DNA from: Candidatus Eisenbacteria bacterium RBG_16_71_46
GTDB lineage: Bacteria; Eisenbacteria; RBG-16-71-46
Reading direction: 5' to 3'
Assembly (NCBI GenBank): GCA_001780165.1
Contig: MFFQ01000023.1
Coordinates: 5,215 to 69,214 of the forward strand
DNA length: 64,000 nucleotides
Part shown: piece after piece, positions 30,640 through 40,554 of the stretch
Layout: every line of letters starts with the position of its first letter
How positions within the stretch are numbered: position 1 is the first letter of the stretch
Made by a program: the position numbers and the translations under genes
The notes under the pieces: model-generated
What the model saw: only the letters and a program-made list of their open reading frames with translations
The model's database searches: none
Told to the model about the DNA's origin: nothing

Positions 30640-32544
30640 CTACCTGACCACCATCATCTTTCCCGAGAGCGTGGACCGCGCCGTGCCCGTCGCCGGATCC
30701 GCCACCCGGAGGCGGTAGAGGTAGAGCCCGGTCCCCATGTCCCCGCGGTTGAACAGGGCGTGCTGATCGCCCGCCGTCCGCACCCCGAGCGACCTCGAGA
30801 CGACCAGGCGGCCTTGCAGGTCGAAGACCTCGAGCGTCACCGCTCCCGGCTGGTTCAGTGCGAAGCGGATGGTGGTGTTCGCCTGGAACGGGTTGGGGAA
30901 GTTGCCGCGCAGCGCGGTGACGCCGGCGCGCGGACCTGCCGGCTGGTCGTCCACCCCGACCACGCCGAGCGAGGGATCGAGATAGGCCCAGACCGGACCG
31001 TTCTCCCCTTCGTACTGGCGGAACCACCAGGTGCGGGAGCCGTAGCTGTCGGTGAAGGGCGTGAACGAGTCGCCATCGAGCAAGGTGATGCCGAGGAACA
31101 GCCGCCCGTCGCCGCGCCCGTGCGGATAGCCGAGCTTGGTGAGGTCCACCGCCAGCTCCGCGGTGTAGCCCTCGTCCGCGGTCGCCCCGGTCGTGTCCAC
31201 CGTGGTGTTGGGCTTGAGCGCGAGGGCCAGCTTGGCGCCGAGCAGCGTGTCGCGCAGGAACGGCAGGTAGTCCTGCGCCTTGGCCTGCCCGTTCTGATCG
31301 ACCTGGAAGCTCAGACGCTGGGTGAGGAGCTGCTTGTCGGGCCCGCGCTTCGAGTACTCGGTCAGGGTCACGATGAAGCCGTCCCAGCGGTCGAAGGTCG
31401 AGACGTACTGGACTACCTGGTCGCGCACGTCGAACCCGAGGTAGAGCGTGTCCTCCTTGAAGAAGTACTTCACCGTCGCGTCGCCCGGGTCCAGGATCGC
31501 CGCCTGTCCGCCGTTGACGTCCGGTTGGAACTGGCCGCTGCGGTACCTCCCGACACCGGGATAGCTGTTGCGCAGCGCCTGGTCGCCGTAGCGGATGTCG
31601 AACGACGGCGCGAACGACCACACCGGCTCGGTGAGCGCGCCGTCGATCGCCGGCGGCAGGAACCCGGCCGCGACCGGGATGCGCAGGTCGGGCCCGATGG
31701 ACGGCACCGGCCCGGAGTTGATCGTGACGTCCGGGCGGGCATGGATCTTGACTTCGCTGTACCACGAGGTGTTGCCCCAGGGGTTCTGCCACCACGTCCG
31801 GTTAGCGCTGAACTTGGCGACGTCGAGCGGCCACAGCCAGTCGCAGTCGTAGAGCGAGAGGTTCCACTCGACGACGTCGCCGCCGGGCTGGGTGACGTCG
31901 TAGCCGTCGGCGGTGAGGTTGAACTTCATCTCCACGGTGTAGCCCGTGTCGGTCCCGCTGTCGTCGTTCGACTGGCCGTGGACCACGGTTACCGCGTTCC
32001 AGTTGGCGATCTGCGCCGAATCCCGCGGCACCGTCGGGTCGGTCGGCGCCCACTTGCCCTGGAACCGGGGCAGCAAGCCCGGGGCCGTGGGATTGGTGAG
32101 GGGCGGTGGATACCACCACGAGTAGAAGTGCTCGAGCGGCGGCGTCGGCCGGTCGAGGCTCACGTGATCCATGATCATCATCAGGAAGCCATCGAATTTG
32201 TTGAAGTCCGCCGATCCGCCGACGGAGGCGTCGCTGACCTCGGCGCCCAGGTAGAGGGTATTGCCGTCGACGAGGAACTTGAGGGTGGCGAAGCTCGGGT
32301 CGACCGGCAGCTTGCCGCCCTCGGGCTTGTACCCGCTGCCCGGGATGCCGTTGTCCACGCCCCACTGGATCACCTTGCTCTCGGCGGCCGCCCAGGCGGC
32401 CTCGTTGAGCACGCCGTCGAGGGTAATGGGCTGCCCGGCGGTGGACCGCGCCCAGATGACGTCCAAGCGCGGGGGCTGCGCCGCGGCCGGCAGCGCGAAC
32501 GCGAGGGCCGCGAACGCGAGTATCGTGATCGTTCCGGATCTCAT
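30640..32544 (-). CDS. T9SS-sorted protein with two CBM9/DOMON-like carbohydrate-binding modules
   Basis: Start at internal ATG after GTAGGAGG; signal peptide MRSGTITILAFAALAFALPAAAQ; two ...LDG.L.E..W... modules; C-terminal NPFQANTTIRF...FDLQGRLV...GLYLYRL...KMMVVR. Confidence 0.7.
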   Translation of the reverse strand: MRSGTITILAFAALAFALPAAAQPPRLDVIWARSTAGQPITLDGVLNEAAWAAAESKVIQWGVDNGIPGSGYKPEGGKLPVDPSFATLKFLVDGNTLYLGAEVSDASVGGSADFNKFDGFLMMIMDHVSLDRPTPPLEHFYSWWYPPPLTNPTAPGLLPRFQGKWAPTDPTVPRDSAQIANWNAVTVVHGQSNDDSGTDTGYTVEMKFNLTADGYDVTQPGGDVVEWNLSLYDCDWLWPLDVAKFSANRTWWQNPWGNTSWYSEVKIHARPDVTINSGPVPSIGPDLRIPVAAGFLPPAIDGALTEPVWSFAPSFDIRYGDQALRNSYPGVGRYRSGQFQPDVNGGQAAILDPGDATVKYFFKEDTLYLGFDVRDQVVQYVSTFDRWDGFIVTLTEYSKRGPDKQLLTQRLSFQVDQNGQAKAQDYLPFLRDTLLGAKLALALKPNTTVDTTGATADEGYTAELAVDLTKLGYPHGRGDGRLFLGITLLDGDSFTPFTDSYGSRTWWFRQYEGENGPVWAYLDPSLGVVGVDDQPAGPRAGVTALRGNFPNPFQANTTIRFALNQPGAVTLEVFDLQGRLVVSRSLGVRTAGDQHALFNRGDMGTGLYLYRLRVADPATGTARSTLSGKMMVVR

Positions 32545-32764
32545 GGTGGAGCCTCCTACGCAGTGATGTGGTGCCATGGCAAACGGATGGATGCGCACGG
32601 ACGAAGGAACGGAAGCGTGCCGCGCGAGACACGGTGGCCGGAAGGGATTCTCGCTCTGGCTGCCAAGGTCATTTCCGGCTCCACCGCAACGGGTCCGCGC
32701 AGGGCGAATGCGTCGCGGCCGACGACTCCCTCATCCGGTCCTGCGAGCGGACCGGGGCGCTTCT

Positions 32765-32800
32765 TGTAAACGATTACAAACCTGTATGACGTTGTCAAGC
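32765..32800. promoter_or_regulatory. LacI-family operator copy B (TGTAAACGATTACA, 32765-32778) plus TTGTCAAGC box (32792-32800) in the divergent region between the CBM9-like operon and the GH1 gene
   Basis: Same bipartite architecture as copy A (spacing 13 vs 14 nt). Confidence 0.55.
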
Positions 32801-32835
32801 AGGGCCTTCCTCGCCCGCCGCCGGCGGCGTGTGGA

Positions 32836-32864
32836 CGCCCTTCCAGGGCTCCGCTATCCTGCGC
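32836..32864 (+). promoter_or_regulatory. Candidate sigma70 promoter for GH1 gene (TGGACG -17- TATCCT)
   Basis: Hexamers read directly about 40 nt upstream of the 32904 ATG. Confidence 0.2.
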
Positions 32865-32903
32865 CGCCTGCGATGGACACCCTAGGACGATCCCGCCCGC
32901 GCG

Positions 32904-34274
32904 ATGCCCGCTGAATCGCGATTCCCCGAGGGGTTCCTCTGGGGTGCGGCCACCTCCGCCTACCAGATCGAGGGGTCGCCGCTCGCCGACGGTGCGGGTC
33001 CCAGCATCTGGCACCGCTTCTCCCACACCCCGGGCCGCACCCTGGGGGGTGCCATCGCCGACGTGGCGTGCGATCACTACCGGCGGGCGGACGCGGACGT
33101 GGAGCTGATGCACGATCTGGGGCTCGCGGCCTACCGCTTCAGCCTGTCGTGGAGCCGGATCCTCCCGCAGGGGCGCGGGGCGGTGAACGCCGCGGGTCTG
33201 GACTTCTACGCCCGGCTCGTCGACCGCCTGCTCGCGCGCGGCATCCAGCCGATGATCACCCTCTACCACTGGGACCTGCCGGCGGCGCTGGACGATCTGG
33301 GCGGCTGGCGCAATCCCGAGATCGCGGACTGGTTCGCGGACTACGCGACGGCGGCCTTCGAAGCCCTCGGCGACCGCGTGCCGCTGTGGGCGACGATCAA
33401 CGAGCCGTGGGTGATCGCCCACGACGGCCACATCACCGGCGTCAACGCGCCCGGACACCGCAATCTCTACGAGGCGCCCCTGGTCTCGCACCAGCTGCTG
33501 CGCGCCCACGGCGCGGCCGTGCAGCGCTACCGCTCCGGCTGCAAGGGGGGCATCGGCCTGGTCGTGAACCTCGAGCCGAAGGACCCTGCCTCCGACCACC
33601 CTGCCGACCGCGCGGCGGCCGCGCGCGCGGACGTCTACTTCAACCGCCAGTACCTCGACCCGCTGATTCATGGGCGCTACCCCGACGGCCTGCGCGAGAT
33701 CTTCCGCGACGCTTGGCCCGAATTCCCGGAGCGCGACTTCGACCTCATCCGCCAGCCGGTCGACTTCCTCGGAATCAACTACTACACGCGCAAGGTCGTG
33801 CGGCACGACGACGCGGACTGGCCGGTGCGCGCGAGCGGCGTGCGGGTGCCGCACCGAACCTACACCGAGACCGGCTGGGAGGTGCACCCCGAGAGCTTCA
33901 CCCGCACCCTGTGCTGGGTGCGCGAGAACTACGGCGACATTCCGCTCTACGTCACCGAGAACGGCGCGGCCTTCGAGGACTCGCCGGCGGAGGGCGGGCG
34001 GGTGGACGATCTGCCGCGGATCGCCTACCTGCGGGAGCATCTGCGCGCGGCACGCGAGGCGCTCCGCCGCGGCGTCGACCTGCGCGGATACTTCGTCTGG
34101 TCGCTGATGGACAACCTGGAGTGGAGCAGCGGCACGGACAAGCGCTTCGGCCTGTTCCACGTGGACTTCGAGACCCAACGCCGCACCCCGAAGGCGAGCG
34201 CCGGCTTCTACCGCGAGGTCATCCGCACGCACGGCGCGTCGCTCGACGAGCCGCCCGCACCCGCCGGGTCCTGA
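32904..34274 (+). CDS. GH1 beta-glucosidase
   Basis: TLYHWDLP, TINEPW (acid/base Glu), YVTENGAA (nucleophile Glu); 456 aa. Confidence 0.9.
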   Translation: MPAESRFPEGFLWGAATSAYQIEGSPLADGAGPSIWHRFSHTPGRTLGGAIADVACDHYRRADADVELMHDLGLAAYRFSLSWSRILPQGRGAVNAAGLDFYARLVDRLLARGIQPMITLYHWDLPAALDDLGGWRNPEIADWFADYATAAFEALGDRVPLWATINEPWVIAHDGHITGVNAPGHRNLYEAPLVSHQLLRAHGAAVQRYRSGCKGGIGLVVNLEPKDPASDHPADRAAAARADVYFNRQYLDPLIHGRYPDGLREIFRDAWPEFPERDFDLIRQPVDFLGINYYTRKVVRHDDADWPVRASGVRVPHRTYTETGWEVHPESFTRTLCWVRENYGDIPLYVTENGAAFEDSPAEGGRVDDLPRIAYLREHLRAAREALRRGVDLRGYFVWSLMDNLEWSSGTDKRFGLFHVDFETQRRTPKASAGFYREVIRTHGASLDEPPAPAGS

Positions 34275-34355
34275 GCCGGGGGCCGTGCGGGCGCGGTGCC
34301 CGCCGGGCCCGCGCGGCGGAGCCGTGCGGGGGCGCGCCGGTTCGCGCCGCGTGCT

Positions 34356-37300
34356 TCAGCGGCTGAGCACCACGGTCGCGGGCACGCGACGGACCACCAC
34401 CTCGCCTGCCGCCGTCAGCGGCACCGCCGTGCCGTCGATGGTGGCGCGGCGAAATCCCGCGGGGGGCGGACGCAGCACGATCCCGCCGCGCGGCACGCGC
34501 AGGCCGCCCGCGAGGCTCACTTCGAGCGCCGCGCCGTGCAGGCGCATGGTGTAGCTGAGGAGTCCGTACGGCGTCGGCAGGTCCCGCACCACGACGCCCG
34601 GCGCCCGCGACACCCACGCCAGCGGCACCCCGGCGCCCAGCACCAGCGTCTGCTCGTCCTCGCGCGCATAGGCCAGCATGTCGAGCACCGCGCGCACGAA
34701 ATCCGATCCGACCCAGGTGTGGGGCATGTCGCCGATGAACTTCGCGGCGCGCGCGTCCCGCCACACCACCTCGGCCCACTCGGCCCAGCCCGCCGGACGG
34801 CGGCAGGCCATGAAGAAGCGCAGCAGCTCCTGGGCGCGGTCCCGCCAGCCGAGATGAACGAACGCGCCGAGGTTGCGCAGTTCGTACGGGGTCAAGGCCT
34901 CCCAGCCGGCCTCGCCGTCGCGCCGCGCGCGGAAGAACTCCCAGTACTTCTCGAAGGTGCGCACCAGCGCCGCCCGGGGCAGCGCCCGGTCCGCCTCCAC
35001 CGGCGTGATCGCGATGGTGGTGGAGGTGGCGTCGAAGTCGCCCAGGTCGGCGGCCCCGGGGATGTAGTCGATGCCGTGCACTCGCATCGCGGCGCGGATC
35101 GAGGCGACCAGCTCGCCCTGGAACTGGTCGCGGATCGCGGCCAGGCGCGCGCGCTCGCGGCCCTGTCCCAGGACGCCCGCCAGGTAGGCGGCGTCCTTGA
35201 ATCCGCGCAGCGCGAAGAAGTCGTCCCAGTACGAGTGCATCGGCTTCGCCGAGTATCCCTCGTGGCTGATCGAGGGCGGCAGCAGGCCGAAGAAGACGGC
35301 ACGGCCGGGGGCGCGGTACTCGGCGGTGCGGCGCAGCCGGCGCAACGAATCGAGGTAGGCGGCGGCCCGCGCCACGTGCGGCCACATGCGCTCCACCAGG
35401 GCGCGATCCCCGGTGTAGCGGTAGTACTCGGCGACCAGGTAGATGAACTCGCCGCTGCTGTCGTGCTCCGGCACCGGGTCCGAGCCGCGCTCGTCGACGC
35501 AGCAGGGCACCTTGCCGTCGGCGTACTGGTAGGGCGCGAACCACTCGATGTACTCGCGCACCGTCTCCGGGTGCCCGAGCCGCAACAGGGCGGACGACGT
35601 GAGGGCCCCGTCGCGGATCCACGAACGGTCGTAGGCGCGCGAGCCGGGCTGGATCGCCGCACCGTCGCGGTTGATCAGGATGTAGGCGAGCTGCGCCTCC
35701 AGCGTGCGGACGACATCCGCCGCCGAGTCGGGCAGCATGATCGTCACCCGCCCCAGCCGCTCGCGCCAGCCCCGCCGGCAGACCGCGAGCCGCTCGGCCA
35801 CTTCGCGCCTCACGTCGGCCTCGGCGGCGGGACGCGGCGGCCCGGGCACGCCGTAGAGCGGAACCTGCAGGTCCACCTCGCGCTCCTCCCCCGGCGCCAG
35901 CTCGAGCCGGTAGGCCAGCGCTCCAGACGCATGCTCGAACGGATCGCGCACCCGCCGCCCCGGCGGCAGGCGGCCGGCGCGCAGGTACTCGACGACGTCA
36001 CCCTGGTCGAAGGTGGCGGCCCCGAAGCCGCTCGGGGCGGTCAGGCTGGCCACCCCGCGGTCGCCGTTGACGCGGACCACGCGCCCGGCCTGCTCCAGCT
36101 CGCGGATCGGCGCAGTTCCCCCCGGCGAGCCCAGGAACTGCGCCGGCGGGTTGACCTGGAACGGCCGCAGCGCCAGGAAGAGCGTGGCGCGCGTCGCGCG
36201 GTCGCCGCGATTGGCGACGCGGTAGCGAGCGAAAACGGACGAGGCGCCGGGCGCACCGGTGGCGATCGACGTGACCGACAATTCCATGGCTCCCGCGCGC
36301 CACCGCACCGTGGGGATCGGCCGCCCGCCGCCGTCGAGCGACTGCGCGATCTCGGCGTTCGCCCAGGTGACGAGACGGCCGCCCGTGAACAGGAACGGCT
36401 CGACCGAGAAGCCGCCCTGGCCGCTCTCGATCATCCCGTCCTCGTTGACCAGCGACTCGCGCTCGTCGCCGTCCACGCCCACGATCGTCCAGTACGACTG
36501 CTCGCCGAGGATCGCGCGCGGATAGCTTCCGCGCGGCGCGTCGCCGGCGATCGACCGGTAGAACGTCTCGAGCGAGGCCGACCAGGCCAGCGGCTCGACG
36601 ATGACCTCGCGCACCGCGACGCCCCCCGGCCCTGCCGCCTTCAGCACCCGCAGGCGCACGTGGCGCGTCTCGCTCTCGGGCAGGAACAGGGGGTCGCGGC
36701 CGCCGTTCCCCCCCCGCGCCTCGCGCACCGTCCGCCAGCGCGCACCGTCGGACGAGAACTCCACGTCGTAGTCGGTCGCCGCCCGGCCGGGGCCCCAGTC
36801 CACCACCAGCCCGCCGAACTCCCGCTCCCCACCCAGGTCGAGCGCCAGCCACGGCGCGCGGTCCCCGGGGGCCGCCACCCAGTCGGTCGCGGCATTCCCG
36901 TCCACCGCGCCGCCCGGGGCATGGCCGGACCGCGACGAGGAGGCGCGGGCGAGCGGCGCCCGCGCCACGGAGTCCGGCGGCGGCAGCGACTCCAGCTCGA
37001 GCTGGTCGAGCCACACCGATCCGGCACCCCCGCCGCCGGCGGTGACGGCGAACTCGATGGCCGCCACGTGCCGGATCTCGCCACCGCCCGCCGGTCCCCA
37101 GGCGAACGAGATGTGGCGCTGGCGGAGCGTCACGGAATCCCAGGAGGCGGAAAAGCGGACGTTGCGCCGATTGGACCACCACACGTTCGCGCCGGTCGAG
37201 TCGATGAGCTTGAACTCGAGGTTGTTGGGCGGGCAGTTGCCGCGGATGCGGAAGCGGAAGCGGTAGTGGTCGGGCAGGTCGAGCGCGAGGTCCTTGTGGA

Positions 37301-37535
37301 CCACCGCGTAGCCCCCGCCCTTGACGAAGCGGACATCGAGCCGCATCGCCCGGCCGACCAGCCCGGAATCCGGGTGGATCGCGAGCTCGACGCCATCGCT
37401 GGGGCGCGCCGACCACCCGTCGAGGCTCTCGAAGCCGTCCACCAGCAGGGCGCCGCGCGGCCCCGCGGCGGCGGCGATCCCGAGCGTGGAGGGCGTCAGC
37501 CCGAGAACCAGGAGCACGGCGCATCGGTTCCGCAT
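34356..37535 (-). CDS. Secreted glycoside hydrolase: N-terminal F5/8-type-C (discoidin/CBM32-like) domains plus C-terminal glucoamylase-like (alpha/alpha)6 domain
   Basis: Signal peptide; ...DGNAATDWVAAPGDRAPWLALDLG... discoidin signature; ...AYDRSWIRDGA... (GH15-like WxRD); 1059 aa. Confidence 0.65.
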   Translation of the reverse strand: MRNRCAVLLVLGLTPSTLGIAAAAGPRGALLVDGFESLDGWSARPSDGVELAIHPDSGLVGRAMRLDVRFVKGGGYAVVHKDLALDLPDHYRFRFRIRGNCPPNNLEFKLIDSTGANVWWSNRRNVRFSASWDSVTLRQRHISFAWGPAGGGEIRHVAAIEFAVTAGGGGAGSVWLDQLELESLPPPDSVARAPLARASSSRSGHAPGGAVDGNAATDWVAAPGDRAPWLALDLGGEREFGGLVVDWGPGRAATDYDVEFSSDGARWRTVREARGGNGGRDPLFLPESETRHVRLRVLKAAGPGGVAVREVIVEPLAWSASLETFYRSIAGDAPRGSYPRAILGEQSYWTIVGVDGDERESLVNEDGMIESGQGGFSVEPFLFTGGRLVTWANAEIAQSLDGGGRPIPTVRWRAGAMELSVTSIATGAPGASSVFARYRVANRGDRATRATLFLALRPFQVNPPAQFLGSPGGTAPIRELEQAGRVVRVNGDRGVASLTAPSGFGAATFDQGDVVEYLRAGRLPPGRRVRDPFEHASGALAYRLELAPGEEREVDLQVPLYGVPGPPRPAAEADVRREVAERLAVCRRGWRERLGRVTIMLPDSAADVVRTLEAQLAYILINRDGAAIQPGSRAYDRSWIRDGALTSSALLRLGHPETVREYIEWFAPYQYADGKVPCCVDERGSDPVPEHDSSGEFIYLVAEYYRYTGDRALVERMWPHVARAAAYLDSLRRLRRTAEYRAPGRAVFFGLLPPSISHEGYSAKPMHSYWDDFFALRGFKDAAYLAGVLGQGRERARLAAIRDQFQGELVASIRAAMRVHGIDYIPGAADLGDFDATSTTIAITPVEADRALPRAALVRTFEKYWEFFRARRDGEAGWEALTPYELRNLGAFVHLGWRDRAQELLRFFMACRRPAGWAEWAEVVWRDARAAKFIGDMPHTWVGSDFVRAVLDMLAYAREDEQTLVLGAGVPLAWVSRAPGVVVRDLPTPYGLLSYTMRLHGAALEVSLAGGLRVPRGGIVLRPPPAGFRRATIDGTAVPLTAAGEVVVRRVPATVVLSR

Positions 37536-37541
37536 CGCGAC

Positions 37542-38363
37542 TCAGCCCTTGATGCTGCCCATCATGACGCCGCGGATGTAAGAGCGCTGCAGGAAGAGGA
37601 AGACCAGCAGGGCGGGCAGCACCGTGAGCACCGAGCCCGCCATCATGAGCTCCGTGTCCTGGACGTGTTCGCCCACCAGATTGGCGAGCGCCACCGGGAG
37701 CGTGTACTTGGCATCGTCGCTCAGCACGATGAGCGGCCACATGAAGTCGTTCCACGAGCTGAGGAAGCTGAACACCGCGAGCGTGACGAGAATGGGTCGG
37801 ATGATCGGCAGCACGATGGTCCGGAAGATCCGGAACTCCCCGGCGCCGTCGATGCGCGCGGCGTCGAGCAGGTCGTCCGGAATGCTGAGCGCGTACTGGC
37901 GGATGAGGAAGATGCCGAAGATGCTCGCCATCCCGGGCACGATCACCCCCATCATCGTGTTCACCAGCCCTAAGCCCTTGAGCATCAGGAACAACGGCAG
38001 CATGCCCACCTGGGCCGGGATCACGAGCCCGGCGAGCAGCCCGCGGAACACCCGCTCGCGCCCGGGAAAACGCAGCTTGGCGAAGGCGTAGCCGGCCATC
38101 GAGTTCACCAGCAGCGAGATGAGCGTCGTGGCGACGGCGATCACGGCGCTGTTGAGCAGGTGCCGGTACAGGGCCAGTCGCGTGAACAGCTCGACGTAGT
38201 GTCCCGCGGTCGGGGCGCGCGGCAGGAGCTGGGGCGGGTAGCTGTTCGCCGAGCCGGCGGGCATGAACGAGGCCGACACCATCCACAGCAGCGGCGTGAG
38301 AGTGAGCAGCGCGCCGAGCAGGACGAGCGCGTGCAGCGCCACCACCCGGATCGGTCGCCTCAT
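37542..38363 (-). CDS. Carbohydrate ABC transporter permease (second TMD)
   Basis: EAA-loop region ...ARIDGAGEFRIFRTIVLP...; ATGA overlap with upstream permease. Confidence 0.85.
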   Translation of the reverse strand: MRRPIRVVALHALVLLGALLTLTPLLWMVSASFMPAGSANSYPPQLLPRAPTAGHYVELFTRLALYRHLLNSAVIAVATTLISLLVNSMAGYAFAKLRFPGRERVFRGLLAGLVIPAQVGMLPLFLMLKGLGLVNTMMGVIVPGMASIFGIFLIRQYALSIPDDLLDAARIDGAGEFRIFRTIVLPIIRPILVTLAVFSFLSSWNDFMWPLIVLSDDAKYTLPVALANLVGEHVQDTELMMAGSVLTVLPALLVFLFLQRSYIRGVMMGSIKG

Positions 38364-39253
38364 GTGCCGTGGCCCCGTTGCAGTCGAAGCTGCAGCATCG
38401 TCCCCAGCAGCATGATCACGAACAGCACGAAGGCGATGGCCGCCGCCATCCCCATGCGCCACCAGCGGAAGCCCTCCTCGTACATGAGGAGCACGACGCT
38501 GGTCGTGCTCTTCAGCGGACCGCCCTGGGTCATGACGTACGGCTCGGAGAAGAGCTGGAACTGGCCGATCATGGTGAGCACGCCGACGAACAGGAAGGTC
38601 GGGGCCAGGCTCGGCATCGTGATGTGCACGAAGCGCGACCAGGCGCCGGCGCCGTCGAGGTGGGCGGCCTCGTACAAGTCGTCGGGAACGCTCTGCAGCC
38701 CGGCGATGAAGATGAGCATGTTGTAGCCGAAGTTCTTCCACACCGAGAGCAGGATGATCGCCGGCATCGCCCAGTGCGGGTCGCCGAGCCAGTCGATGGG
38801 CCGGATGCCGAACGCGCCGAGCGCGTAGTCGAGCAGTCCGTAGCGCGGGTGATAGAGGTAGCGCCAGACGATCGCCACCGCCACCAGCGTCGTCACCACC
38901 GGGGCGAAGAGCACGGTGCGGAACAGCCCCTTGGCGCGCAGCAGCCGCGCGTTCAGCAGCAGGGCGGCCGCCAGCGAGGCGATCACCGAAAGCGGTCCGC
39001 CGACCAGCACGAAGTAGAAGGTGTTGCCGAGCGCCTTCCAGAAGACCGGGTTGGAGAGCACCTCGGCGAAGTTGCGCAGGCCGACGAACCGCGCGGTCTC
39101 CGGGGCGCCGATGGCGTAGATGTCGAAATCCGTGAGGCTGAGCAGCAGGCCGGCCACTACCGGCACCGCGAAGAACGCGCCGATGAGCCCGAGCGCCGGG
39201 GCCAGGAACAGCCACGCCGCCCGGGTCTGCCGGCGCGCCGGGGCGCGGCTCAC
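38360..39253 (-). CDS. Carbohydrate ABC transporter permease (first TMD)
   Basis: ...AAHLDGAGAWSRFVHITMP... EAA loop; GTG start overlapping the SBP stop (GTGA). Confidence 0.8.
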   Translation of the reverse strand: MSRAPARRQTRAAWLFLAPALGLIGAFFAVPVVAGLLLSLTDFDIYAIGAPETARFVGLRNFAEVLSNPVFWKALGNTFYFVLVGGPLSVIASLAAALLLNARLLRAKGLFRTVLFAPVVTTLVAVAIVWRYLYHPRYGLLDYALGAFGIRPIDWLGDPHWAMPAIILLSVWKNFGYNMLIFIAGLQSVPDDLYEAAHLDGAGAWSRFVHITMPSLAPTFLFVGVLTMIGQFQLFSEPYVMTQGGPLKSTTSVVLLMYEEGFRWWRMGMAAAIAFVLFVIMLLGTMLQLRLQRGHGT

Positions 39254-40554
39254 CGGCCCTCCCGTGCGGCACGAACACCCCCGCCGCGCGAGCGCTCGAG
39301 CAGCCAGCGTCGCTTCTCGAGGATCCGTCCCACGTCGCGGTCGAGGCGCGCGAGCGCCGAGTCGGGCGGCACGCCGCCGCGGATCGCGCCTTCGGTGGAG
39401 TCGAGCAGCCGGTTGGCGATCAGCTCCCATTCCGGGATCTTCGGCGTGGATACGACGCGCTGGAGTTGTTCCCAGAAGGCGCGGGTGGTCGCGTCGCGCG
39501 CCAGCGAGGAATCCTGCCAGGCCTCGCGCCGCGCGGGGAGGTCCCCGGTGAGGCGGTAGAAGCGCACCTGCTGCTCGGGCCGCGACAGGAACTCGATCAG
39601 CTTCCAGGCCTCGGCCTGGTGGCGCGAGGCGCGGAACAGCACCAGGCTCGAGCCACCCGCCAGCGACAGCCCCGAGCCCGGGCCGTCCGGTCCGGGCAAG
39701 GGTGCCGTGTCCCATGCGTTCTGCATCTCCGGCGGCAGCCGCCGCCGGAACTCGCCCAGGTTCCACGGGCCGCTGATGTACATGGAGAAGTAGCCGCGCG
39801 CGAATTCCTGGTAGAGGTTGGCGACCTCGTTGTTCCCCACCGCCGGCGCCAGCCCGCTGCGGAACAGATCCAGGTAGAAGAGGAACGCGCGCCGAAACGG
39901 GGCGGCGCTGAAGGCGCCGCGCGTGTCGTGGTCGGCGAGCAGCGGGGAGCCCGACTGCAGGCCGAAGATGATCGGCTGGGTGAACTCGTTCGCCGGCAGG
40001 AAGATGGCGAAGCGATCCGCGCCCACCAGGCGTTTGACCGCCTCCATCGAACGCCGCCATTCACTCCAGCTCCCGGGCATGCTCGGGTATCCCGCGCGGG
40101 CCAGGATGTCCTTGCGGTAGAACAGCACCCGCGTGTCCACGTACCACGGCACGCCATAGGTCGCTCCCTCGATGACGTTGGTCTCCCAGATGCCCCGGAA
40201 GTATCCGGCGGAGTCCACGCCCGTCCCGGAGGCGAGCCGGTCGTCGATCGGCTCGATCGCGCGCAGCGCGGCGAATTCGGCGATCCAGGTGTTGCCGAGC
40301 TGGCAGACGTCGGGGGTGGCGTTGCCGACGTAGGCGGTCAGCAGCTTCTCGTGCGCCGCGGACCACGGGATCTGCTGCACCTGCACCCGCAGCGTCGGGT
40401 TTTCGCGCTCGAAATCGCGGACCAGCTCCTGCACCACCTCGCCCTCCCGCCCCATCGCCCAGAAGCGCAGCGTGGTGCGCGGGCCATCCGCGCGCGGACC
40501 GCATCCCGCGGCGAGTGCCATGGCGGCGAGCAGTCCGAGGGCCGGCGCCTTCAT
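39250..40554 (-). CDS. Sugar ABC transporter substrate-binding lipoprotein (family 1)
   Basis: Lipoprotein signal MKAPALGLLAAMALAAGC; start ATG overlaps stop of upstream GH144-like gene (ATGA); the six-frame ORF extends spuriously upstream. Confidence 0.8.
   Translation of the reverse strand: MKAPALGLLAAMALAAGCGPRADGPRTTLRFWAMGREGEVVQELVRDFERENPTLRVQVQQIPWSAAHEKLLTAYVGNATPDVCQLGNTWIAEFAALRAIEPIDDRLASGTGVDSAGYFRGIWETNVIEGATYGVPWYVDTRVLFYRKDILARAGYPSMPGSWSEWRRSMEAVKRLVGADRFAIFLPANEFTQPIIFGLQSGSPLLADHDTRGAFSAAPFRRAFLFYLDLFRSGLAPAVGNNEVANLYQEFARGYFSMYISGPWNLGEFRRRLPPEMQNAWDTAPLPGPDGPGSGLSLAGGSSLVLFRASRHQAEAWKLIEFLSRPEQQVRFYRLTGDLPARREAWQDSSLARDATTRAFWEQLQRVVSTPKIPEWELIANRLLDSTEGAIRGGVPPDSALARLDRDVGRILEKRRWLLERSRGGGVRAAREGR

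Noticed and set aside
34296-37973. 1225-aa plus-strand ORF and 34219-35622 minus ORF
   Set aside because: Antisense or alternate-frame to the discoidin/(alpha/alpha)6 hydrolase gene and GH1 3' end; no motifs; spurious.
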